Shown: positions 47,501 to 59,726, counted from the whole stretch's first letter. The stretch is 63,859 nucleotides of DNA, filler included, from Corallochytrium limacisporum Hawaii (GCA_002811645.1; 6 parts of 6 records of this genome joined end to end with filler, not necessarily neighbours in it); one strand, 5' to 3'. Numbers and translations: made by a program. Notes: generated by a model from the letters alone, not told the origin.

Positions 47501-48068
47501 GTAAATCAGTTTGATCAGCCACTCCATGGGCACCCCGATACGCCACAGCCACAAGTGCACAATGTTCCGAAAGCAAGAAGCCAACAAAGTCTCAGATACA
47601 CAGATGAGGTGGGCGAAACGGTGAGTTGTGAGGCGCAAGTGGTGAGTGATCCTCCGTGCCCTTCCTTGGCACGCAGTACAAAAACTACGGTGTACGCACC
47701 CATCACGCTCGACAGGAAGAGATATTTTGATTTCGTTTACCAAAGTCAGATCCCCTAGATGGTGGCCATGCTTAGGGAGAGCGAGACAAAGACCAGAAAG
47801 CCTCGTAAGATAGGTGTTGATACTGCGCTGTGTACCTACTTCCATGTGTGCTCGCCCGCCACTCCGCCCACCCCCTCCCCCCTTCGAGGGAGGGGTGGGA
47901 CCTCAGGGATTCGTCGCGCGTTGATGTGGGCAAGTTGTTGTTGTACTACTGTTGATGAGCGGCCATGCGTATGTAGATGCTCTCGTTGTAGCTGTGTAAG
48001 CATACATGTTCTTTATCGCTCCTATAGAAATACTTGTTAGTCACTTCCGTAAGAATCGAAATGAATGA

Positions 48069-48154
48069 TACCAACCTCTGCCCCATAAGTTAAGGAGGAA
48101 TCTGCCTAAAAACATGCACCGTAATATAAGGAGGGAGATTCTGATTTTTTCTCC
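48069..48154 (+). mobile_element. Repeat beginning TA-CCAACCTCTGCCCC, a putative TA-targeting DNA transposon/MITE terminus truncated by the contig end
   Basis: 48069-48137 is identical (69/69) to 63791-63859. Flanks differ immediately 5' of the TA. Confidence 0.55.
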
Positions 48155-48254
48155 NNNNNNNNNNNNNNNNNNNNNNNNNNNNNNNNNNNNNNNNNNNNTT
48201 AATTAATTAANNNNNNNNNNNNNNNNNNNNNNNNNNNNNNNNNNNNNNNNNNNN
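48155..48254. other. Artificial contig linker
   Basis: 44N-TTAATTAATTAA-44N. Confidence 0.98.
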
Positions 48255-48701
48255 AACGTAGTATGGAGCCATGAGAGCAGGAGCGGTCACGGCATTAAGC
48301 TTGAACAGGAAAGAGCGCCAGCCATCAATTTGACCGTCAGACTTTTGCACGGAAAAGTTACCGAGGCGTCCACCGATGTAGTCTTCGAAGGAAGGACCTT
48401 GCTCGGCGACAACCTGGGCAAGCTCACGGATGTCCAGGACACCACCAATAGTGGCGTTGACGTCCTTCTCAGGGAGGTAACCGTTCCAGGTGGTCTCGTT
48501 GGTAGCCCAACCAGTCCAGTTGTAGCTGCAGTAGTAACGGTCGTTTTCCCATTCACTAGGGACTGGGTATTGGTCATTTCGACGCACAAGGTCATGAGTG
48601 ATGGCGCTGTCGTCGTCGTCGGTCGCGGGCATGGCAATAGCCACGGACGCCAAGAGCACCATGACGCACGCCGAAGCGGTAAGCGGGGAACGTTGCTTCA
48701 T
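48255..48701 (-). CDS. 5' part of a secreted aerolysin/ETX-MTX2-like pore-forming protein (partial, truncated by gap)
   Basis: ATG at 48701 (accATG). Signal peptide ASACVMVLLASVAIA, then an acidic pro-segment ending LVRR. The last 96 nt match 60772-60867 at 95/96, tying it to the toxin core. Confidence 0.8.
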
Positions 48702-51700
48702 GGTTATCAGGTTCACTGAACTGTTGATAAAAGATTGTAGTATAAGGACAATTTATCCAGAACCAAGGTTGGCATGACTTACTGCTGAAGTCTACTGGAG
48801 AAGCAGATCTGATCTCACCTTGGGTGTGATCTGTCACTCTTAAATACCTGTAGACACTCTCACCTTCTAACCAAAAATGTAAGTGCATCACAAGAGCAGC
48901 CTACAAAGCTCGCTGCATCTCATCTTTCCTGTGAAGGGGGCGGATGATGTCAAACAGGAAGGCCCCGACATGCATGCAGAAGGTGACCGTAAACGGACGA
49001 TACGCCTGCGTCACGAAGGCCGCTCCGACCGCTGACTCTGAGGCGCGCTCTCTCCCCCTTTCCCCCTTTTCCCTACCCTCCCCCCCCCCCCCCGGGGGGG
49101 CCCTCGTACTCTGCCCCCAAGCGACCCGCTCTCTCCCGAGCTCCAGGACGGCGGTGGTTGACCGGCGCTTGTGTTCACCAACGCTACCAATTAAAGGAAC
49201 GCACACACACATACATGCAAACATACAATGCTTACATGCTTACACATCCTAAAACCCATACACATGTTGACACAGAATGAGTGAATGAGAGAGGAGCAGC
49301 CAGGATGACCAAGACGAAGAAGAAGCGCAGATAGTGAAGGAGGAACTCCACCGAGCCACCAGGAAGTAAGTCCGTGAAAGCGAATGTTTACCAGCAGAGT
49401 ACTGGAACCGCAAGGCCAAATGGTCGCGTTTCCTCTTCTGTGTTCACCTTTCCGTTTTTGTGCAGGAGACGGCATAACGTAATACTTTAGTGTGTAACCA
49501 GCAATGAATGTAGTCGGCCATTCAGTTATATCTTAACACAGCAAATCTCCATCTATGGCATCTGACGTGTCTCCTTTATTTTGCGTCTCAGAGTAAACAA
49601 AGCGAAATGCAGATGCCAACTGATTGCTTGCGCAATTGATCCGGCGATAGTCTCTGCCTGTCTGTTGTTTTGATAGACGCACAGAGCAGTGGGTGTGAAG
49701 CAGGCATACCAAAGGCATTGGCACCTAAGCATATTTTCCCGTTATCAGTTCTTTTAATTATGGAGACGAGCCTGGTAAAATGGTGTGGTCAGCAGGCAAC
49801 GGCGAAATGTACAAAGCGCCTCACCAACGGAGCAAGTGGCGCACATGCACAGCTAATCCAGCGCAGATGACCTCTTCGGGAAATGTCCATGAAGAACAGT
49901 GGGGGCTTTCTCCATGTTTTCAACGGCACAGGATGCTTGGTTTTGGCATTTTCATTGTCTTGGGTCTCGTCGATTCTCGGTGCGTCGTTGGAGAAGCCAT
50001 TAGGACTCCAGTGGCCTCATGAAAGCCTACCATAACCAAGCATTGAAGATGATCAACTAAAGGTTACGGTGGTTATCTTTACATTCTAATTGCTGGTCAC
50101 TGAGTAAGATCGTGGACAGTCAATACCAGACAGCCACGGACAAAAGGGACTATTTGGGATGCGGAGTACGTCGAAGGACAGCGGCTCAAGAAGAAACACG
50201 AGACCAGAGGCCAACTCCAAACAGAAGCTGGTCGCAATGTTCAAGGGGAAGGGGAGAGACACGACGAGACAACTTCGTAGTTAATACCGGAGAGTATCGT
50301 AAGCCTAGGAGCGGGTGTGCCGGTAGAACAATAGAAGATTGTGTAGTTTGTGTCCTTCTTTAACCATGTAGATTGGCACAGGCATTTCAAATGTTGATAC
50401 TACATGGTGAGGCCCAGGTCAACGCAACCCAACGTCGTCGAACACATATAAAGTCCGGCCTTAGAAACCCATTGGAACCCCTCTATTGGGACGTGAGGCA
50501 CAACTGTACAAGGATTTAAGCGCCACCATGGACCGCCTGTCGCGTAGTACCTGCTTCCCTATACATGGATCAATACCAGAGTTATCGGATTGTACTAATT
50601 GTGCCGATGTTCATGGTGGCAATGGTCAGCTAGCTATCAAGCCGATGTCGGAAGGCGGGGGCAACTGCAACTTAGACCTCTCTTATCGACTTGCTAGGGC
50701 GTGCGCAGATGCGTCACTAATTGAGGCAATAACGAATGCTGGTGTGGTGAACGTACAAAAACTATGTATTTTCAGTCGTGGTTGAGTACGTCTCAATCAA
50801 TACCTCTGCCGTCACGAAAGGAGAAGGATACCGTTTGGACAAAACCGATCCTGAACCTCGCGTTGAGCCCCTTCCAAACCTTCCTCGTCTGTTCTGTAGG
50901 TATACGCAGCTTAGCGAGACTGAACGGTACGCAGGCAGAAACTTGATAAGAGTTAAACGCAATACCCGCCACCTCCACACAGTCTGTATTGAATACATTT
51001 CGCTTCGTCACCGCGGCGCGGCTATTCTAACTTTCGCATTCAGTTCTAGGGTACCCAGCCCCAGAAAATCGGAATGTTTGGAATTAAATACACCCACACT
51101 TATACAGTGAACCAGCCTACCTGCATATACACACCGAGGTAGCATACCTACTCCTACGCGTTCAGAATATCTTGCTGCCCTTACCTCCATCCCGGCATTT
51201 GTCCCATTGACCGCAAAAATCAAGGCTCAACCTTATTCGACCCTGTACCTACAGCATGTTCGTGTTCAATAGAGGTACAGACCCCAAATAAGGTAGAAAC
51301 TGGATCCAGACTCTTCCTATCCGTCATGGCCGGCTTCACGGAGAAAGTGGTAGAAGTGGCCCAGAGAAAAGTAAAACCTTCGCAAGGAGTAAGAAGTAAC
51401 ACCGTTCAAAGAGATGAAAGCGAAGGGGCGCCTTTGAAGTTTGATCGGGCTTAGGAATAATTTAGACCGGTCACGAGAGATACACCCCTGCTGCTCCACC
51501 CCTCCCCTCCCAATTTTTTCTATCTTTCCTCTCTCTCCGTTGTATTTTTTTTTTGATCTCCCGTCCCGCGCCAAGGAAACTACAATTTCTAGCTGGAAAA
51601 TTCAATAGTAAATGTACCGAACAAATATCGTACAGGGGACAAGGGCACGTGCACAACCTCCCTTTCAATTTCCATTGAAAGTTTGGCCGTTGTCTTTTTG

Positions 51701-53577
51701 GGTTGTTGGCTGTTGCCGACGGCAGTTTCGACATGGTGGGCGCCCAGGTACACGGCTGAACGGAGACTTTCAAACGCTTGAAAGATTTGTATTGAAGCAA
51801 TTTTTTCCCCGTTGAGTGTGTATGGAAAATCTATTGTACACAAGAGGTTGACCAATATTGGTCACGGTTCGTACTCGATACATGCAGACCTGTCTCTGTG
51901 TACATGCGTTGGGCAACGCGTGTGTGTTCTTGCGTGGGCCAACAAGTGTACATAGGTCTACGTGTCATTGGGCTATCTTTAGCAGTCTAATTGAGCATTT
52001 CTTACAGTATAGTGTGTATGTCACTGTGCCAGTTGTGATGTGAAGATGAGCAGCATTGGATTTCTGGAACGCATGCTCTGCGTGAATGAATAGCACTGTG
52101 ACTTTGGAAACTTGATATCCTCCTACTAATTCGCAGGGGTGGACGCCGTGGGTTGGACCCGGTTCAGAATTGTATCCCATCCACCCATCTCCGGTAAGCA
52201 CCCTGTGTGTGGGAGACAGCAGCACCTACTACCTGGGATCCAGGTACGGTGGTGACAATACCAACAGTGAAGTGCCAGTACCGCTTTGGGCAGGTCGCGT
52301 TGACAAACACTGCGCCCGCGCATTAGATCGGTTCGAACGGACTAGGCTGGAGCACATTACACTGATATTCCGACGGTATAACGAGCTGGTTGGGTCTCGT
52401 GGCGTCCTTAATTCTCATGTGCAATGCGGGTGGGTTTTCTTGGTTATCTGTGAAGGGTGTCAATACCGAAACGAACCGACCCACGCAGCACAATGACCAA
52501 GGAAGGGGAAGACGATTCCAGTTTGACACTGTTCCACTGGCCCCGTGCCAGGGAGTGCCTGGTTCCCATCCTTGATGCTAAACCCCGAACTCTATAGCCC
52601 ACCGGACATGATAGCTGAAAATGTTTTTCGTCACATTGGGGCGAGGAACGATTGTTTGTTGATGCTGGAAATGACTCGGGGACACCTTGCTTCAGTTCAA
52701 TGGCCTCGCATATTGATTTCCTCGAAGGGGAGGAGGGGCTATCGCTCCTGCCTCTGTCCCCAAAAATTGGACTCCCGCCCACCAATTTCCTGTCCTGTGC
52801 CCAGCGTCAGAAGCCGAAATCATTTGACAGGAAAAACTTTCAGTCCCCCGATGAAAGACTTTGCCCCTTCGCCGCGAGCGGGCGCGGTCCACACTGTCTA
52901 GCGAAGATGTACTGGTGAAAATCTGACAATGTATGCTCTCCATCACTTGTTGCATGGTGTTACGCTTTCTGCGCATCTCTCTCATCCCAGCGGTGCTACA
53001 GTCCCTTGTTACGCGGAAAATCTCTTGGAGTGGTAGGGAAGCCTCTGCGCACATTAGTTTCAATCCACACTCACAGAGCTATCCGTGCTGGAACCACCTC
53101 GCCATTATTAGGTATTGGGCGTTCACATTTGCCCCTAGACGTTGGTCAAAAACATCTGCACGTCTCTATCTCGTGCAATGGCCTCCTTGTCAGAATGAAA
53201 AGGACTCTGTGTTCTAGTCTAGTGAAGGAACCGTTTCAATTCTAAACCTTGATATGGCTCGCCGGATCCCAGCTCAACTCCCTGCCAATACTGTGCTAGC
53301 ATTGCCCTTGTGGAGGAGGCATCATCCGTTGGATGTTCCATGTTGCAATGAGCGGAAACCTCTTGCTGTACCCCGTACCTTTCGGTTGGATGGGAAAAAC
53401 ACTTTGTCATGCTGTATCACTTTCTTTGAAAATCCAAGACGTTTTATCAGTTGATGGACGTCAGGGGTCTAGGTCTTCCCAAAGCACATACTAATAGGCA
53501 CCATTTTGAAAACAAACAATGTAATTGGATGCTAAAATTGATGTCCTTTCCATGACCTTGGACGGGCTCTTGGCACA

Positions 53578-53810
53578 TTATACACCGAGTGCAAGGGTGT
53601 TAGACAGGTCTGTGACGAGGTCGGCGTCTTCTCGGGTGCAGTCATCACGCGGATGCACGGCATACCGATTGAGTGCCGCATCTACCAGTTCGTAGTCGTA
53701 ACAGTCAGTGGGTAGACCGTCAACCGGTGCCACATTGACACGCACACCCTCGGAGAAGACGTTAATAGCAGCGTCATCCTCATCAGCGTCACGGCGGTCC
53801 TTGTCACACT
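53578..53810 (-). CDS. 3' end of a gene not in the ORF track; probable C-terminus of an upstream copy of the aerolysin-like gene
   Basis: Open frame from the gap to TAA at 53578-53580: CDKDRRDADEDDAAINVFSEGVRVNVAPVDGLPTDCYDYELVDAALNRYAVHPRDDCTREDADLVTDLSNTLALGV*. Same strand, codon bias and acidic/Cys style as the toxin pieces, but no direct sequence overlap. Confidence 0.6.
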
Positions 53811-53910
53811 NNNNNNNNNNNNNNNNNNNNNNNNNNNNNNNNNNNNNNNNNNNNTTAATTAATTAANNNNNNNNNNNNNNNNNNNNNNNNNNNNNNNNNN
53901 NNNNNNNNNN
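53811..53910. other. Artificial contig linker
   Basis: 44N-TTAATTAATTAA-44N. Confidence 0.98.
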
Positions 53911-54295
53911 CATTTCCTCATGCGACAAATGGTTTAATCAACGAGAGGTAAAACACGTCCTCATTCTTCATCCGTGAGGTCTCATGGTGGCTCATATTCC
54001 GGTATGTTGGCCATGGCGGACTCGTATGGCATGAGATCAAGCTAAAAGCCTCAGACGGTGCAGCTGGGGATTGGTTGGCGATGCAGTGAGTAAATGGTAG
54101 CGTCCATCCTGAAAGACGAAAATCCTCCTTCCATTTCGTTAGAGGCAGGTATGTATGGCAATATGAGTCGCAGGCCAATTAGAGACGGTATTCCAAATCT
54201 CAACGGATCACGGAAATAAGTAAACACAGCATAATGGTGTGAGTCTGGCAGAAGTTTGCAAGCATACGTGGATATCGGAAATGTTATTATCGGAC

Positions 54296-56089
54296 TCATT
54301 GTGCATGAGGAAATGTAACATGGTCGCTCAATGTGGAACGGGTTTTTTTGAACGAGACCGAAATATTGCGCCACCGTGGATCATGGTCACACAAAACCTC
54401 ACGGAAATAATCCAGTAGTTTCCCCTCGAGTTCCGAATGGTAAAATCCACATAACATCGGCTGGAACGATTTGTTCGGATCATTCTGTAAGTCTTCGCAG
54501 GCCTTACGTCGACAAACAGCAGTCTTGAATACCGGACTGAGAAAGATCATATCCACGAGTCGGTGTACATGTACGCAGTTGTTCTTGCGGCATTCCCCAT
54601 TGAATGCAAACGCGCAGAATTTATAAAATTCACTGTTGTTGACCACTGTGCTCTTGCACCGCGCAGAGTTCTTCTCCGCCGTATCGAAGTTTACAACTTT
54701 GAAGAATTTGGCTTGAATATGAAAATATTTGACCAAGTCAGCACGGATCGAACCTATGGGATCTTTCTTGAAAATAAGCCGCAAGCTCGGTGGAAGTTTC
54801 GGCGCCACAATGTTCCCGGGCTTAGTCGGCTCCGTGGAGCCGCCAGAAGCAGAACTTACATGTGCTGAGTCAGTCCCGATCGAAGATACTCCTTCTCCAT
54901 TCGAAGCTCTTACCGGAGGCCAAGCACTGATGTTTTCAGCAATATGAGTCCGTGTCCCTGGCTCAATGTATCGTTGCATGTCTGCAGAGTCAACGTCAGC
55001 TATCATCTTCTCTTCACGCTCCCTGTCAAGTGCATGACTCATATTTCTAAAGAACGCGTTATCACACAATGACATGAGGTATTCCACGAAATCTTTTTCA
55101 CTTTCAGAATGAATATCAGGACATGAAGAGCGCGTAGTACACGCCGACCCATTTACACACTCTACAGTCTTGTACTGAGGCCGGAGGTACAACCTGTCAA
55201 CAAACGTCTCTACTCTCTCTTGTCCTTTCGTCCGGACTAACTCCCAGCGATTTAGATCAAACTTACTACTGCCAAACTCATGAACCCCACAGTATAGCTG
55301 CATTGCATTTGTTTGAAGCACTGAGTACAATGCTTGCCTCTGACCCTCGTGCTCTGTGCTCTTATCGATGTGGAGCTGCTCAATGTGAAGGCTACGATCC
55401 AAAATACCCAAGATAGGACGCCGTGCAAAGTAACCCACACTGAATACCAGTCCTTGAATCTCCTCGAGAAACTGTAGCACTGAAGTAGGGGCCAGAGATC
55501 CCTCAGCATATATCTTCTCATTGCGCAGTCTTCGGATCACATCAGCACCTCGAATAATCTCACTGATACATATTTGCACTTGCGGTTCGATTGCCTTTCC
55601 GTTCGTGCCGGATGTGAGTAACAAGTGCCGGATCCAGGCCAATATGTTAAGAATTGTAGGTCTTTGTCTATCTTTCTCTGTATCACCATTGTCTTGTTCT
55701 TTCAACCAGGCCACAAAAGTGTCGTCAACCACACCATTCATTTTCGAGTCCAAGCAGTTCGACAAGAAGGGGTAGAATTCTCTGTACTTATTCTCAAGCT
55801 GCAAAGCCCAGAAATCAACACAAGCCTGCAATAATGGATTATTGGAAGTATACAAGTCGTCATCCATACTGACGCTCCCATGCAAGAGATCAGAGAGATT
55901 TCTCATGAAGTTTTCGATACCTTTCCCAAATTCACAGAAAGCTGTTGAAGACAATCGTTCTGTCCACTTCAAGACCCTGGAAATGACATCCTTTGCGTCT
56001 TCTTTCTCGTCTTGGTGACGCAAGTACAACATTGCATCTGATGTTGGTGTGAAATCAAAGTATATCTCCTCTGCTACAGAGTGATTCAA
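54296..56089 (-). CDS. Hypothetical protein with C-terminal tandem CCCH-type zinc fingers; 5' end uncertain or possibly decayed
   Basis: 597-codon ORF from TTG, with an in-frame TGA just upstream. Fingers YKFCAFAFNGECRKNNCVHVH (C-x7-C-x4-C-x3-H) and FKTAVCRRKAC...LCGFYHS. Confidence 0.65.
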   Translation of the reverse strand: MNHSVAEEIYFDFTPTSDAMLYLRHQDEKEDAKDVISRVLKWTERLSSTAFCEFGKGIENFMRNLSDLLHGSVSMDDDLYTSNNPLLQACVDFWALQLENKYREFYPFLSNCLDSKMNGVVDDTFVAWLKEQDNGDTEKDRQRPTILNILAWIRHLLLTSGTNGKAIEPQVQICISEIIRGADVIRRLRNEKIYAEGSLAPTSVLQFLEEIQGLVFSVGYFARRPILGILDRSLHIEQLHIDKSTEHEGQRQALYSVLQTNAMQLYCGVHEFGSSKFDLNRWELVRTKGQERVETFVDRLYLRPQYKTVECVNGSACTTRSSCPDIHSESEKDFVEYLMSLCDNAFFRNMSHALDREREEKMIADVDSADMQRYIEPGTRTHIAENISAWPPVRASNGEGVSSIGTDSAHVSSASGGSTEPTKPGNIVAPKLPPSLRLIFKKDPIGSIRADLVKYFHIQAKFFKVVNFDTAEKNSARCKSTVVNNSEFYKFCAFAFNGECRKNNCVHVHRLVDMIFLSPVFKTAVCRRKACEDLQNDPNKSFQPMLCGFYHSELEGKLLDYFREVLCDHDPRWRNISVSFKKTRSTLSDHVTFPHAQ

Positions 56090-56694
56090 AACACAGGGTT
56101 CTCATATGAACGTGTCAGTGTCCGCAGACCCCGAAATTCACGGCTCCTAAGCAGTTCTACATATATACAAGATGTCTCCTATGAAACACCTTTGTGTTCA
56201 ATTCAAGACCACTAACGGCTAGCCATATAATTCCTTTTCTTCGGACCTGTCGGATTTACAACGAGTCCGAGAGAATGGAACCTCTCGAACTCCAACGAAC
56301 TGTTGCAGGATCCTTTTTGTGACCACTGACATTTTATCATGACAACTTTCTCTGAAGTGCAAAACATGCAGCAAATCGGACCGACCCTAGACGACCAAGC
56401 TGATTTACAACAACCCAAAAGAAGAGGCTAGTGGCCGTCAGGAGAAACCAAAGCATAGACCATGATAATTTTTGTACCGGGATGTTCGTCCTGGTACTAA
56501 CCTCGGCTCATCAAAAAACAATGCGCGATATACAGCATGTGGGCAATACAGGGACTTCCCAATTTTCTGATTCTCAGACCACAACGTGTACGGGTCCCAC
56601 TAAATTTCTCTAGGTAAGCAAGATTAATTTGTAAATATGATCCTTTGATTTCATGATTCAGATTTAAATATTTCATTCTTCACGTTCATGTCAG

Positions 56695-57084
56695 AACAGC
56701 CTGCATGCGGCGTGGTGCGGGAAGCGTCCATACTTCTGTAGAAACCGCAGTCGTTTGCGTTCATGTCAGAACTTCTTGGTGATTGACGCGTGAATAAGAA
56801 TCTGCAAGCCATGTTCGGCCTCTGACCATGGCATTGCATTCTTCATATTCTCACGTTCGTCGATGACGTGCCGCTTCGGATTGTCATGAACGAGCCTGAT
56901 CGGTCGTTCATTGTATTGCTCCAATCAGATGGTCACTTGCTAACAATGTCCGGAATGAGGGTCTTGCTCACGAATTCTACATACGGAGCCTTGTTCAGAG
57001 TCTTATTGTGCAACTCCACGGTACCTACGGGACGGTTCCTAGACCATCTCTTAACCGGTTTCTGCTCTCCGCGCCGATAGAAGC
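56695..57084. repeat. Left arm of a 390-bp near-perfect inverted repeat
   Basis: Reverse complement of 58482-58871 (paired coordinates sum to 115566). It differs only near the inner end. Confidence 0.95.
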
Positions 57085-58024
57085 TGACTATTCAGTCGAG
57101 ACGTTCAATTCCCTTCTGTCGTTCACGCAAGAGAAGCTCCTTTCCTCTGCTCGCCGCAGTCGACTTATCTACGCTTCGTGGCTTTGATATGACGTTGATT
57201 GATATGATCTGAATACCATGGTGCTTGTTCCTCATCTTCATGTCCTCGTTCACGACTGTCCCGGGCGGGACACGTCTTTTCTGAACCGTTTTGCTTCCGG
57301 TGAACCATTTCTTCCCAATTTGGACTTCTTCATCATTATCCACGATCCTGTTTTCTTCGCTGACATGGTCTAATCAGTATTACGATCGGTTAAGCTTCTG
57401 TTGTAGTCTCAAATCGATGGTCCTACGAAAATTTCTCAGCTGAACATGATTGTCTTGGATTGCCTTCGCTGTCATCCCAACGCTGCATTTCAGGGCACTG
57501 GTAACATCGCCGAGACTTTTTGCAAGGCTTTTCTAAGAGCAAGTCCCAGTCGAATTCCTTGTTTGGACCGCTTAAGTCCTCCTTACGTTTCACTGCGATC
57601 GGTGCATGAAGCTCACGTTCGTCCTTACGTTTCTTCCATAGCTTCTGGATTATACGAGGAGACCGGCTGGAGCTTTCTGACCCGCTGTTGGAGGACCCCT
57701 CCTTCAACATGCGTGAACTTTAGAGCCGGAGGCGCGATGAGGAATCCCAAGTTACCAAAGTATTCCGAGGGCTCGGAAACTGAGGTTGGAAAGGATGAAA
57801 TCAATAGAACTTGTGTTTTTATGATTCAAACAGATCTTCTTTTTTAGGCGCCAAGTTTTATAAAATGGAATTTGATTCGCACGTGCTCGTTTGCCTCGAC
57901 TGCCACCGAACCGATCCCTCAAGCACGTAACACACCCTGAAGGAGAATATTAAGTGGAATCACAAAACATGGATTTATCTCAGCCGAAGGGTACAATTGC
58001 GGGAAAAACTTGGTAGTTTCAAAC

Positions 58025-58260
58025 TCAGCCCCTTCGAAAGTACGATAGTATATTTCTTCCAAACTTCAGCTGTGTAGACCCATTTACGAAAGGTGAGGGC
58101 GAAAATGAGTGCACGATTTGGACATGCCCTCGGACATGATCGTGAGCATCACAGAATTTGTAAAAATTGTTTGCGCCATTCTCTTTTTTCGTAAGCTGTC
58201 GGGATGCAGGATATCCTACGAACAAATTTGCCAAGTTTCAGCACGCACACTCCAGAGGTG
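58025..58260 (-). pseudogene. Decayed paralog of the CCCH protein C-terminus
   Basis: SVRAE/LANLF ~ SIRADLVKYF, NNFYKFC ~ SEFYKFC, GRNILSYFR ~ GKLLDYFR. Frameshifted, and the Cys ligands are lost. Confidence 0.5.
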
Positions 58261-58481
58261 ACTGCGCAGTCCAAAATCCAAAAAGCGCGCGGCAAGGATT
58301 TGAGTTATTCTAAGAAGGCCTCCATTATATGCAATTGAAGATCGCGAATTAGACACTACCACGGTATATGGAACAGAACCATCATGAATACGCAACCCCA
58401 TTAGCACTAACAAAGAAAATGCAGGGTATAGCGAAAAAGTGGCAAACAGAACTGGCGTTTCCTTAAGACCTGTCCAGAACG

Positions 58482-58871
58482 GCTTCTATCGGTGCGCGGA
58501 GCAGAAACCGGTTAAGAGATGGTCTAGGAACCGTCCCGTAGGTACCGTGGAGTTGCACAATAAGACTCTGAACAAGGCTCCGTATGTAGAATTCGTGAGC
58601 AAGACCCTCATTCCGGACATTGTTAGCAAGTGACCATCTGATTGGAGCAATACAATGAACGACCGATCAGGCTCGTTCATGACAATCCGAAGCGGCACGT
58701 CATCGACGAACGTGAGAATATGAAGAATGCAATGCCATGGTCAGAGGCCGAACATGGCTTGCAGATTCTTATTCACGCGTCAATCACCAAGAAGTTCTGA
58801 CATGAACGCAAACGACTGCGGTTTCTACAGAAGTATGGACGCTTCCCGCACCACGCCGCATGCAGGCTGTT
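58482..58871. repeat. Right arm of the 390-bp inverted repeat
   Basis: Mirror ORFs MPLRIV... and MQCHGQ... appear on opposite strands at both arms. Confidence 0.95.
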
Positions 58872-59633
58872 TTGCGCACGCAGTCGAGAACGTGTCCGCA
58901 GACTGGCATGTTTACGACGGTAACAAACTGGGGAACATCTTTGATACAGTTCATCTTTGCTATGAAGTGGTCATCAGAAACCGTGGAGAGATAGCTCTAC
59001 GCATGGAGCGCACGTACAAGGATATGACTAGGAGACACGGGACGTATGACAAACTGTTTATGGTCTCTGAATCCGACATCCATGCTGCGGCCTTACTAAC
59101 GCGGGAACTCAGATATCAACTTATCGTACTTGGAGAACCTGCGAAATGGAACATGAAGAGCACATGCGCATCCTGGAAGAGCGAGTCGCTGAGGGTGAGA
59201 TTGCAGGGACAAGCAGGAAACGGAGACTTAGCATGCGTGAAAGCCAATCTACGCAGCTAACGGATCTCACGAACAATGCTCAGCAGCTTGATTTTGGCCG
59301 GGATATTTTAATGTATAATCACGCAATCAATGGATCATATTTATGAATCAATCTTGCTTCCCTTGGCGAAATGTAATGTGACCGACCCGTACACGTTGTG
59401 GTCTGAGAATCAGAAAATTGCGAAGGCCCTGTATTGCCATGCACACAGGCTATCAGAAATCGCGCCGTGCTTTTATTGAGCAGAGGTGGCACATAGTGAT
59501 ACCAGCGTTCCAAATGGTGGACGAAAGATCGCGATACCACTGGCCTGCTCCAGTCGGAAGGACCACTCACTGGCCTTCAAAGGAACGAACAGTCAGAAAA
59601 CCCACTTCGCCAAAGTGTGGAGTTCTAATTTGA
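58727..59633 (+). pseudogene. Decayed gene, inverted paralog of the degenerate frame upstream of the CCCH ORF
   Basis: YNHAINGSYL*INLASLGEM* (about 59315-59380, +) aligns with LNHEIKGSYLQINLAYLEKF (about 56600-56665, -). Stops and frameshifts are present. Confidence 0.5.
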
Positions 59634-59726
59634 TCTGTCGCGATACGTAATTCCCCTGGCGGGCGGGGGAAAAAACAGCGGCTGTGACTTGGGGCACCAC
59701 GGTCATGAAACTTACTCAATATTAAG

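Noticed and set aside
48091-48133. TAAGGAGG Shine-Dalgarno-like motifs
   Set aside because: Eukaryotic context with no downstream ORF; better explained as an internal repeat of the repeated element.
50486-51450. Protein-like short frames in the spacer between the putative toxin copies
   Set aside because: Interrupted by stops with no recognisable family; a pseudogene or immunity gene cannot be supported without a translated search.
56651-58698. Duplicated small ORFs (MQCHGQ..., MPLRIV...)
   Set aside because: Mirror products of the inverted repeat, not independent genes.
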